NCBI RefSeq assembly: GCF_009914755.1
Contig: NC_060939.1
Direction: 5' to 3' (one strand)
Source: the human T2T-CHM13v2.0 reference genome, Homo sapiens
DNA: 64,000 nt
Below are positions 28,651 through 40,440 of the stretch, one piece after another; within the stretch, counting starts at the first letter, position 1; every line of letters begins with the position of its first letter. The position numbers and the translations under genes are program-made. The notes under the pieces were generated by a model. It saw nothing but the letters and a program-made list of their open reading frames with translations. It was not told the origin of the DNA and searched no databases.

Positions 28651-28967
28651 ATCAAGTCTGTCATTGGTAATGTCAACTGTCACACAGGACACCATGGATC
28701 ACAAGGTTTTCAAATCATTAACAACTTGAGGAAGTCAAGCTTTGGAGAGCATCCCCCATCCATGTACTGAACTGAGGAAATGCCCTGGGGGATTTGAGTC
28801 AGTGTCAGTCTATGGGGGTGACTCCCATATTGGTTCCTAGGACCCACTCCCACTGTTCCTACCATTGAGACTTTTGCTGTTTCCCTAAATGAGCTTTACA
28901 TAGCGTTATGGAGCCACTTGGAGAGTATGGGAATAGGCCTTCAGCATACAAATTTAAACATATTTCT

Positions 28968-29088
28968 AGGTTGACCCAACCATTTATCATCCAAACTAGA
29001 ACACACTTTTGAGAGCTATTAATAATTATGCTGGGACAACAGGTGTAAACCAAGACTGTCCCAGGCAGAGTGAGATGAATGATCATCT
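28968..29088. mobile_element. MER94-like hAT-Blackjack element
   Basis: ATTTATCATCCAAAC..ACACTTTTGAGAG..CTATTAATAATTATGCTGGGACAACAGGTGTAAACC..GACTGTCCCAGGCA. Confidence 0.75.
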
Positions 29089-30129
29089 AACCTATACCCC
29101 TTTATAGAGCCAAACTATTTCATCCTTCATACATAAATATATTTTAGAAACTTTATTATTATCTTGATTAAAAACACAGGTGAATTGTTTGTATATTCTA
29201 AAGGGGTTATCGTGATAAATGTAAAAATGTTAAGTATGCCACAAAATCCATAAGCCTGTTTTCCAATTCCTTATTTTCTGATATGCCAATTAGCTCAAAA
29301 TAATTGGAAATGGTACAGAACTCCTGGAACTTCAGAGAGGCTCTGTCTACGTCCCTAGACCTGACCATGTCCCAGGTTCTATTATTACAGGTTAAATTAC
29401 CTGGACATTCCCACTTCTGCGTCACTTCAAACTCAGTATCAGTAAAAGCAAACTCCCCTGAGTTCATCTTCCCCTGACTGTGCAGGGACATTAGGTGACT
29501 ACCTGTCCTCCTACTGTCTTAGGGTCCAACACCTGGCTGAGATATCACAGTGTGACACTTTGCAATTTTCCAGCTACAAGGGAAGAAGAAGAGGGGAGAG
29601 ATGTAAATGAGAGCCAGGGCCAGAATCCCTGTTTGGTGGCACGGCCCATGGCCTCTGCTGTCTGTGATTTCTCACACTCCACAGGGCAGGGTGCACAAGC
29701 TGCAATGTCAAAGAGAACTCCAGGAGCAGGGCGGAGAGCCAGGCACCTGAGCCTCTGCTGGCAACGTGGAGAGACTCAGGGAACTGGCTTCTGGGGAAGG
29801 GGAGGTGTCAAGGATGCATGCTGCTTTCCCATCTGACACTTACCTGCACACCATCTGGAACACCTACTCAGAGCCGGGAAGACCCGTGGCCTCTGGGGGA
29901 AATGGGAGCCCTCCGCTGCAACCCCATAGACCCTGAATTGACGGATGCCTGCTCTGAGAGAGCAGCGGCAACTGCCAGGTTATACAATCCCACCAGGATA
30001 AAGACACCCTTCGAGAACCCTCCCCCAGGCTGTGATCCCCAGTGGCTGTTTAGGAGGCCTCCCCTACAGCTGCCCCTTTCTACCTGACTGAATGCATCCC
30101 TTCCCACACAGGCTCTCACATCAATGCTG

Positions 30130-30131
<2 letters not shown>

Positions 30132-30169
<38 letters not shown>
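30132..30169. repeat. (AC)19 microsatellite
   Basis: Direct reading. Confidence 0.96.
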
Positions 30170-30175
<6 letters not shown>

Positions 30176-30539
30176 CATGTAATGTTCCTACAACTTTAAA
30201 CCCGAGTCTCACAAGATTGTAAGGTCCCTTTTGGTGCAAAGTACACCCTCATAAAAAGCAAAAATACTAACAAATAATTATGCAAATGATGATCCTTACT
30301 GTAAGAAAAATGCAATTGGTGCCCTGAGAAGAGATGAGACATGAGAGGCATCAGTGAGTCCCATAAGGCCATGAGATGATGTCCAAAACTGCAGGCAATC
30401 ACTTCTCTGATTATCCATGTGGTAGCAACAGAGTGGACCAGGCCCCTGATGCTCTTGACCAGCCCCTCTGGTCGCTAAGTGTGTCCCTTATCTGCCTGGT
30501 CTACCTGTCTTGCTGGTCTCCATGTTAGAAGCAGGTTAT

Positions 30540-30699
30540 TATAACCCATGAGGGAAACTTGCTGGGTCCCCATACCATTGAGTGTCCATGAACCACCCAC
30601 CAGGCTGCCACATGAGGACAGAAGAAACTTCTGTTGATCAAGCCACTCCATTTCAAGGTCTCTCTGTTACAGAAACAAAACCTGCATCTAATTAATACA
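30540..30699 (+). mobile_element. MLT1-type MaLR LTR 3' part
   Basis: AGAAGAAACTTCTGTTGATCAAGCCACT...TCTCTGTTACAG...CTAATTAATACA terminus. Confidence 0.7.
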
Positions 30700-31790
30700 G
30701 TTGATCTGCACAAATTTTTATGTTACATCTTGAAAATGGGGCATTGTTATCCCATTCTACACACAAGGAAGCTGAAGTTCAAAACGTTAACTTACCATCT
30801 TAAATCACATAACTAATAAAATAGCCCAAATTTAAATACTTTTTAGGGGCAAGGCTGCATTTGGGAATTTTGCTTAAACAATTGAATATTTGTTCTTAAC
30901 AATCACGAATGAATATTTTCCAATTGTTACTGAAAACCACTTTTGTTTCTGGAAAATACAGAGAAAAGTAGCCAGTATTCAGTGACCATCAAGTTTCCTA
31001 ACTGCCATAAAATTAGGAAATTGTTTACCAAGCAGAATATTGCTTGTGAAATAAAAGTGAGTAGTTTCTTGTATTTAAAGAGGCTTGTAGCATATCTTAA
31101 AATAATTGGTGTTATCTTTAAAAATGAGTTATTACAGCATCAGAGCTGAGAATCACAGAGAATCACAATGTTGACGGCCTTGTCTGGCAAATAGACTACT
31201 TATGTAGGAATGTTTTTTTAACTCCATGACTAAATTTTTGTATTCTCTAAGACTAAATTATTTTCTTCTCATAGATTTCTTGAATACAGAATCCCTGTAA
31301 GATTTGTCTTTTTACCTACAAAACTACTCACACAGTTCTGAGCATGCAATAGATGCTTAAAATGTTCTTATTCACTTAAAGTGTACAATATTCCAATGAT
31401 AGTTCTAGTCTCTGAGAATCAAAAGCACTTGCATGGTGTTTTACAGTTTATAAATCACTTTTATAAATGATATTTGAGATACAATTACTATTATTATCTT
31501 CTATGTAACACATAGAAGCTAGAGCTGAGAAAACTGTAAAGGGTTTCCGAAGATGTCACGGCTTTTTAATGCCCTGTCTCGATAAGCCGTGTGTTCATCT
31601 TTTCACACCAGATCCTACAATCGTGCTTGGATGCCATGGTAGACGTTACAGAATGAATGGATGCATCAATCAATCAGTCAATCAACGAAACCATCAGAAA
31701 ATGAGCAGTAAAATCATGTTGTAAAGCAAGCAGCTAATTGGGGATCAATGCCAAAGTTATTATTTATGTGTTCTTAATTATTTTTTTCAG

Positions 31791-31909
31791 ACAAGAATGA
31801 GGCAGATGAAAACCATACGCAAAAACACAACAAATAGAAAAGAGATTCCACCAAAAGCAATCATCAAGAAAATGTCTCCAGTGAGATTCCCATTGTTGTG
31901 AAGGGGCGT
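31791..31909 (+). other. Candidate non-coding exon (possible antisense lncRNA)
   Basis: Acceptor TTCTTAATTATTTTTTTCAG| and donor CGT|GTAAGT; stop codons in all three frames. Confidence 0.3.
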
Positions 31910-32524
31910 GTAAGTATATTTGCACTCAGACAGCTTCAGAAGTGCTTGCCTGATGAAAAGGACTCACCAAGAGCTGAAGAGTTTGGCATCACAGTCCAAG
32001 TGGTTCCTTGTTGGCAATGGCCATTGTCATCATAAGGCTGGATTTAACTTCAGAAGTACTGCATGCCATCTGGCTCCAAAGAGCAAATCTATTTTTATAA
32101 TATCAAATTTGCAATAAGGGAAAACTACAAACATGCTCAGAGTTGGATGAGCTTCCATTTTTAACATGACTGACTTTCACCAGTCTTCCTGGGGGCCCCA
32201 AACTGGGTGGGCTCTTTTCCTCTGCTCCAGGCCTTATCTGTGTTAGGTTGTATGATTAGGATCCTAAAGTCACTGAACAAACAGGGTAGGAGTCTCCATA
32301 ACAGACCTTTTGTTCATATACATTTCACTGGCTTTCGCTGGAGAAGTCAGAGAATGGCTATCATCTCCACACTAATAATATCCTTCAGTAAATGATAAAG
32401 TCAAGTCCAAAGTAAACTGAGAAGCTTTATCAGCATGTCAAAGCTATCCCCTTACAGCTCTGTACTTGCCAACTGTGCATCCTTTTCCGAGACAAAGACT
32501 TGATGCACATTAAAAGGCACTTAC

Positions 32525-32700
32525 CAGAGTGGGTGTTTGTTTGCCAAAGGAGAGCAGGCTGCCCTCTGATTCCAGGCACCCCGGTCGTCACTCTCATCAG
32601 AGGAAGGGAGGTATACTTTACAGCTAGACTCCTTCCTTGATGATCTCCTGAATCGAGTCAGGGGGAGATTCAGAGCTTCCTGCCAAGTTATTCCTTCTCT
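32525..32700 (-). other. Candidate alternative first exon
   Basis: Donor CTG|GTAAGTG at 32525; ATG at 32597 gives MRVTTGVPGIRGQPALLWQTNTHS (phase 1); non-repeat sequence with retained CpGs. Confidence 0.4.
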
Positions 32701-32708
32701 TTCTCCTT

Positions 32709-32720
32709 GTTAATATTAAC
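32709..32720. promoter_or_regulatory. GTTAATATTAAC palindrome (HNF1-like)
   Basis: Perfect 12-bp palindrome of two GTTAAT half-sites, one base shorter than the canonical GTTAATNATTAAC; just upstream of the candidate exon. Confidence 0.35.
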
Positions 32721-33719
32721 TGATGGACTTCTCAGAGGGACAGTGTATTTCTCACTGTGAGTAGAGAGAACGCTGTGGTCGACCAGTTACTCTTCCACCC
32801 TGTTGTCAGAGAAGATGCATCAAAAGGGATTTACACACCCAGTTAATTCTAACAGATGGCCCTTCCCCGGTATTCTGAGAGAAGTTGAAAATCAATCCAC
32901 ATTTCTCTCCAATTCCAAATTAGGCAAATTAGCACACTGGCCTTGATTTTTGGTAAGCAGATTTAGCAAAATGGACACAGTGAAAAAGAGGAAAGATGTA
33001 AAAAATTTAGAAAGGCCTATCTCACTTAAAATGCTGTGCCTCTGCCCATACGTTTGATATACAAATGATGCTTATCTATAAAGCAGTGAAAACACTCATC
33101 ATTTTTTTCTTTCCTTTCTTTTTATGTGCGTGCGTGCGTGTGTGTGTGTGGGTGTGTGTGATTTATCACCCTGTGTCCGGAAACGATGGCTGTATACATG
33201 CATATGCTTGTATAATTTGCACAAATGAATATGTAAATACACAGGATACATACATTGTGCATACATCACACACCCAAATAGCATGTGGGTCTGTGTAGCC
33301 AATAACAGGAACAATGGGATGCTGCCTACACCAGGAAACAACAATATGTTGCAGGTTTGCTTGGCTTTTTTGCAACTGTGGACAAACATTCCCCCAGGAG
33401 TGGATGGCTCAGGGAAGGTGTGATGGGATATGAAGCCTTTCGTCATAAAATCCCCATCTAAAAATCCTGTCAAAATTGATAGGGACAGAAGTGTATATAA
33501 CACTGTTGCTGTGTTGGTTTCATTCCAAACACAGCATGCTTCTGAATGATCTGTCATTACCATCAGACCTGAAGAAAAGAAAAGCATCCGAGAGAAACCT
33601 CTCATTGCCACCTATAGGCTGCAGAAGGAAGGTCCAGGTGACAGCTGCAAGGCTCTGTGAAGCAGCAGGAGGAGATGTTCTGGAGGTCACCAGTTCATAG
33701 TCACATTTCCACCACCTTC

Positions 33720-34200
33720 TTCATTCTTTCAAAAAGCATTTCTTGTGCCAGCATTGGGCTAGATGTTGAGAAGAATGCAAAGGTGAAGAAGAAACATATT
33801 CTTCATCTTTGGGAGCACATGTTCTGGGGATTGGAGTGAGACCACTGCAGAGCCAAGCACTTTGATAGATGCTCAGGACAAAGGGGTCGTCCTGGAAGAG
33901 GTGATATTTGAGCCCTGGTATGCATTTTCAAGGGCCAGTAGAAGTTTCCCAGGTAGAAGAGAAGGATTGCTTTCCAGGTTGAGAGAAATGGCATAAGCAA
34001 AGGGGCATCAGCATAGAAAATACGCAGTGTATTATGGGAAATACAAGAAGTTCTATGTGCAACTGGAAACTTGTCTTCACTACATGTCCGGGGAACAGTG
34101 TAGCCTGAGAAGGAAAATCAGATTATGAAAGGAAGAAAGCCAGACTCTGAAAGGCCTCAAGTGCCATGCTATGGTATTTGGAGTTTATCCTACAGTCAAG
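33720..34200 (-). mobile_element. L2 fragment
   Basis: CCTGGAAGAGGTGATATTTGAGC...AAGGCCTCAAGTGCCATGCT...TTTGGAGTTTATCCT. Confidence 0.65.
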
Positions 34201-34475
34201 ATCGCCTCCTCTTCTGAGCCTACATTATCACTTGGTTGTGAGACTAATGCTGACCCATTTGGGCTACGTACAGAATCACTGGGAGCCTGACCAACAAAGC
34301 AAGAAACAGCAGATTGAAAGAGACAACAGTACGCAGTCAGGGTTCAAACTGCCCCAATGTTCCAAATCATTAGTTTCTACAAAAGTAAATTCTACACCAT
34401 TCAGAAACTTATTCAGCCAGCATTTGCTTCTCTTAAATGGTTTGGAGAAAATGAGAACCTTTATTATCCCACCAT

Positions 34476-34877
34476 TGTAACTACCATATTTTGGGGTGTC
34501 TAACTCTCACTTTTTCCTTCATTGAGAACTTTCCCTCACCCAAGGAAAGGCCCCTCAGTAGTCAAGTGTGAGTGTTACAATCCTGCATCCCTGGACACAG
34601 GATGTGACATTATCTGACCAACCCCTCGTCCAAGTTGGCCAGTCGGGTTCCCTTTTAAATGAACTTCCTTACATTAACAGAGAAGTACTGGGAGCTGAGT
34701 CAACTAATGGTGTGTCTCCAGAGGGAAGGCTGAAAATCAACTGCTCTTTGAGTTCAATTGGTTCAATCCTTCCATGACACTTTCAGTATCTTTCCAATGA
34801 ATATTCTTTTTTTTTTTGGCTTAAACTAGCTCAAGTTATTTTCTGTTGATTGCAAACCAAAGATATCACTAATACAG
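34476..34877 (+). mobile_element. Old ERVL-type solo LTR
   Basis: TGTA...TACA termini; 3' motif GCTTAAACTAGC...TTTCTGTTGATTGCAAACCAAAGA..ACTAATACA. Confidence 0.6.
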
Positions 34878-35174
34878 TTTGTTTTATTTTTACAGTTTAT
34901 TACTGTTAATTAACAAAAATCTTTTCAGTGACTTTCCCTTGACAAATAATGATGCATTCCCAAGAAAAATCTCCCATTTATTTTCAGAGCAATAGCATGA
35001 GAGGCCAGAAAACATCCAGCCCAAAATTTGATTTTAAGTTCCCTGAAGAAAATGACTACATCTTGCATGTTTTTGGTATCACACCTGTACAATACCCCTG
35101 AGTAGCAACTAACTAGCTATTTCCATCGCTCAACCACTCACAAAATGAAAGACATCATTTTTTATGAAAATTGT

Positions 35175-35738
<564 letters not shown>

Positions 35739-36830
35739 TTATTCGGAGAAGACATTCAGGAGCTCTCACTGTGGCTCAGTATTCCAAATGAAAAGCTTTG
35801 CTCATCATTAAGAACTCCCTCTGCCCTCCTAGCCTCCCTCTTCCTGAGCCGCCATCTGGGTAGAGATGCATTAGACCATTGCCAAAAACTGCTTCTTCCA
35901 ACAATAGGTGTCACTATGTGACAGCATCCATAGATTAAGCTGTTACTTCGGGGTGGTGACAGGGCCAGAATAAAGGGTCCTATAGACTTTAGATTAGTAG
36001 AGATTGAGATGTGGTGGTTGAGCTGTGTATGGTTTATATTCTAACCAAACTGATTCACATGCGCCCTAATCTCTGCTGTCTAATGAGCCCCTGTGATTGG
36101 GGAGAATCAACAGTGAACATCTTGCCAGTGTCCTGGCAGTGCCTGAGATAAAGAGCTTGGAAAGGCTTTTACTAAAAAGCAGCTGTGAAACAGTTCAAGT
36201 CAAAATGCAAGTTTCAACTCAATATTCTCACCAAGGAACAAAATATAAACAGCTATCACCCATTGTAATGATTAATTCTCCCGTCTCATTGTTGGAAGGG
36301 TTTCAGTTCTGAATCTCCTTCTCCCCATCAGATAGAGCATGAGATATGTTGAGAGGAGATTGTTAAAGCCTAGTCTGTAGAATTTTATCTGGTCATCTGA
36401 GTCACTCAGAAAGCCCCAAGCGCTCTTCTTTTACATGTATTATAATAAAACAAATTATTCTGGTGTCACAGACCTTGAATACCTACTAACCTTGATAAGC
36501 ACTTACATCTAAACAAAAAGAAAATCAATTTGCATTTTCCTTTCTGCTGGCTAACATAATGCTTCATTTTACAGTTGCCATTAAGGGTTATTGCTATCTT
36601 TACATACCACATTAGGCAGTTTGTGTCCATTGTTCATGCATAGTTCCATCAGAATGTTTCAGGTTGAAGGCATTTTCACAATGATGCTGCTTTTGTCCTG
36701 CCCCAGTGCTATTATCTTGAAAGTGTTTATCCCAACAGATCTCTTCAAGACCTGAAAACTGTCCTCTGTGAAAACATGTCAGTCATCACCTTCACTCACA
36801 ACTGGAATTAACAGTGCTCAAGGTCTCACG

Positions 36831-36833
<3 letters not shown>

Positions 36834-36870
<37 letters not shown>

Positions 36871-36872
36871 AC
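36834..36872. repeat. (CA)n microsatellite
   Basis: Direct reading, one interruption. Confidence 0.95.
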
Positions 36873-36883
36873 GGTTGGCTTAC

Positions 36884-36943
36884 CTGGGTGGCCAGACATG
36901 CAAAGCTGCAAAGCTTCTTGAATTGACCTTAATGAATTAAAAC
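36884..36943 (-). other. Candidate 60-nt exon
   Basis: Acceptor TTTCTTCTGCCTGTGCAG|G and donor CAG|GTAAGC; open in phase 1-1 (FNSLRSIQEALQLCMSGHP); second acceptor at 36965. Confidence 0.45.
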
Positions 36944-38002
36944 CTGCACAGGCAGAAGAAATCTCCTGAAAAAACCATAGATTTCCAAACCGTCTCACCA
37001 GGCTGACAAAAGTTTCAAACCATGCCAAGCTCAGCCTTTGAATTAGCATTTTCTCTCCTGATCTATGGCCTCTTAATTTTCTGGGGCAGAGGAAGCAAAC
37101 CGCAGGCATTCATTAAGCAAACGTCTATGTATGGGAAGAAATGGGAAGCATATTCCTTCTGAAAAACCACAAATACTTGAGTTAGAACAATTGAGAAACG
37201 GTCAATGGCAGGTAGAATAACACAATTATTATAGATGTAACCTTTTGGGAGGTAAAGACAGAAAGTCTTAACCTAGAAAGATAGATGCACTCGATGAAAA
37301 AGAATGACCAGCCAAGACCCATTTCACAATGTAAAGGCATAGAAGGAGTGGTTGCAGAACACCATTCCAACATTGACAAATAGCTTGGTCAGAGATCAAA
37401 AATGAAAGCGTAAAATATTGATATTTTAAAATTGAGTTTTCGTAATAGAAAAACACAAAAGACCCATTTTCTCTAGGCATATTTGGCAACCACATTTCAA
37501 TGTATATTCAGCTATTTTTTATTCTGTATTAGTTCTGTACTGTTTTTATGCCTCATTCCATTTTAAATCAATAAAAAATATTTCTGGAATATTTTTACAT
37601 CTGTGAAAAAGAATCTGGAATGCTGAATACTTAATCTCTGTTACTGATTAGTCATATTGTTTCATGAAGGGACTAGATTCTTAGATCCTACTGGATAGGT
37701 ACAGCATCTTTAAATTTAGTCCAGGCCTTGTGTGAAGTAGTTAATGATGATGGAGAAGATGCTGATAAATAAAAATAGCATAAACACTGGCAGAACTATT
37801 GATCCTCGGAATATATGGCCATCCTCCAAAGAGCTTAAAATATAATAACACTTTACTCAGAAACTATACGCAGGTACTTTATGCACAGCCCAGTGAAAGA
37901 GAAGAAAATACCTACTTATAAAATACAGAAGTGTGGACTCTCAGGCAGTATCTAGAGTAGAAGTCCTGGAAAAGAAAAGGTGAATGTGGTCTGGCACCTG
38001 TG

Positions 38003-38313
38003 TTTTTGTTTTTGTTTTTGTTTTTGGAGCCAGGGTCTCACTCTGTTGCCCAGGCTGGAGTGCAGTGGCCACCATCTTGGCTCACTGCAACCTCCACCTC
38101 CTAAGCTCAAGCGATCTTCCCACCTCAGCCTCCCAAGTAGCTTGGATTACCAGTGTGTGCTATCACTCTGGCTAATTTTTGTATTTTTAGTAGAGACAGG
38201 GTTTCACCATGTTGCCCAGGCTGGTCTCGAAATCCTGAGCTCCAGCGATCTGCCTGCCTCAGCCTCCAAAGCACAAAGTACTAGGATTACAGGCGTGAGC
38301 CACTGCGCCCGGC
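38003..38313 (-). mobile_element. AluJ (Jb-like) with (GTTTTT)n tail
   Basis: Antisense dimer; TSD GCACCTGT. Confidence 0.9.
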
Positions 38314-38762
38314 ATCCTCGCACCTGTTCCATAGAATTTTACAATCTGGGATGAAACTGACAAGAAAGCAGTGAAAACACATAAGTGCTCAATTTCCCTG
38401 TACAAGATTGAAAATCATTTCAATATTACTGTCTTGTTAATCTTTGTGATTTTCTTATACAATTGGTGTTATTTATCATCTTAGTCCACACTGGGACATT
38501 TTGGGACTCTGGGAGATTGCCTGAGAGTTAAGCAGGAAGTCTACGCATGGAAATCCAGTTCCCTACTCTTATAGCACCTCGCATGAGGGGGAACTGTGAT
38601 TTTCTGCAGTGCCTCCATAGCAGCATAGACCTCATGGGTATTTCTAAGTTCTTTCCAAGCATGCAGGACCCAGGAAAGCCTACTCGATTTAACTGTGCTT
38701 GCTGCTTCACTTCTAAGCTCCACACAACATCACCAATGCTCATTAAAATACTGGAAGAATAT

Positions 38763-39087
38763 GGCCGGACGTGGTGGCTCATGCCTCTAAGCCCAGCACT
38801 TTTGGAGGCCAAGGCAGGAGGAACACTTGAGGCCAGGAGTTGGAAACCAGCCTGGCCGACACGGCGAAACCCCGTCTCTACTAAAAATTCAATAATTAGC
38901 CAGATGTGGTGGCACACACTTGTAGTCCCAGCTACTGGGGAGGCTGAGGCATACCAATTGCTTGAACCTGGGAGGCGGAAGTTGTGGTGAGCTGAGATCG
39001 TGCCTGTGCACTCCAGCCTGGGCAACAGAATAAGACTCTGTCTCAAAATAAATAAATAAATAAATTTAATTAAGTTAAATAAATAAA
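38763..39087 (+). mobile_element. AluS (Sz-like) SINE
   Basis: Dimer; (AAAT)n tail; TSD core AAGAATAT. Confidence 0.92.
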
Positions 39088-39739
39088 AGATTGTAAGAAT
39101 ATTTATAGAATTCCATAAATAGCAACGCAAATAATCTGAAGACCAAGCCATTGTCATTGAGAAATTTCTCCACTTCCGCAGTGCACCCTCTCATTACAGT
39201 GCCAAATTAAAATTTCCTAAAGAAGATGGGGAAACATTTATTTTGGTAAAATGGGAGTGATTTTTTTTTTTTCAGAAATAAAAATACTCTTATGATGATT
39301 GGTAGCTCCACCTAAAGGATTTTAAAGTAAAATTTAAAACAAATAAAAATTGTTTAGGGACGAATATTTGTATTACCCAAAGATTTTTCTTTTCACAAAA
39401 GAGTTCCCTACAGAATTCTTCTAAGTGCTGAACTCCCCTGGTGCCTTTAAACGGTTGTTTACAGATCATTAACTACTCACAAAAAGGCTGGTGCAGAAAA
39501 CCTGCCAAAGTATGAGAATCTCCCATTGAGGAACCAAAATTTAAGAGAATGCTTGAGCGACAGAATTCAGTTTGCCAGAAATAAATTTTCATAATGAATT
39601 TTGGAATGCAAAATTATATGCAAGTCAACTTTATATAGAATTTCTTCCTTGCAGGCAAACAGAACCCAAATTTTAAGAACATTATTTTTAATGTTGAAAT
39701 ATTTGGGCATTATATGCAAATATTAAAATTTGCCAAACC

Positions 39740-40440
39740 ATCACTCAAGTGTTGGTATTTAGGTGGTTTCCAAGTTTTCTTAATATCAATAAATAACACT
39801 ATTGTTAACATCCTAATTCACAAAGCTGCATCCACATTGCTGCTTGATTCCTTAGTAGTGCTTGCTTATAAAAGTAGAATGGAGGGATAAAATGCATGCA
39901 ATTTTTAATGTTTTTGATACAAATTAATCAAATGCTTTTTAGACACGAGTTTCCAAAACGAGTTTTCTTAACCACACTGCCATATTACTGAGTCTTCACC
40001 AGAGGTGACTGAACATTTTGAAAATGGCTCCTAAGAGTTTTAGTTGAAAACATTACTTTCTGTTGCTTATTTTAAAATAGTTTGATTACAAATAAAGTTG
40101 AACACATTTATTATCTTAATTATTGCTTTGTATTTCCTCCTCTAAACTAACTGGTTTTACCCTTGCCCTCCAGCTGGGATTCTCAGAACTTTTCTTGCTG
40201 ATTTGTATGTGTTCTTCACATATTAAGGATAATAATTTTCCTTTCATGTCAGTTATACATATTTTCTTCTACTTAGATGTTTGCATTTTAATTTTGTTAG
40301 TGAAATTTATAACATGTGATTTAGATTTTTTTCATCAGTTTTGATTTAGAAAGTCTTTTTCCCAGAAATTACACCAATAAGTCATCTATGTTGTCTTCTA
40401 TTGTTTATTTTTATAATTTTTAAGTGCCTTTACCAACTGG
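39740..40440 (-). mobile_element. L1ME-type relic
   Basis: ATTTAGGTGGTTTCCAAG; TTTGATTACAAATAAAGTTGAACA; CTGATTTGTATGTGTTCTTCACATATTAAGGAT. Confidence 0.65.

Noticed and set aside
35846-35865. CTCF/YY1-like motif GCCGCCATCTGGG
   Set aside because: Partial match only, with no supporting context
38528-39157. 209-aa and 147-aa ORFs (also those at 23678, 35235 and 48376)
   Set aside because: Typical Alu- or L1-derived peptides (LLPRLEC, AQAGVQW)
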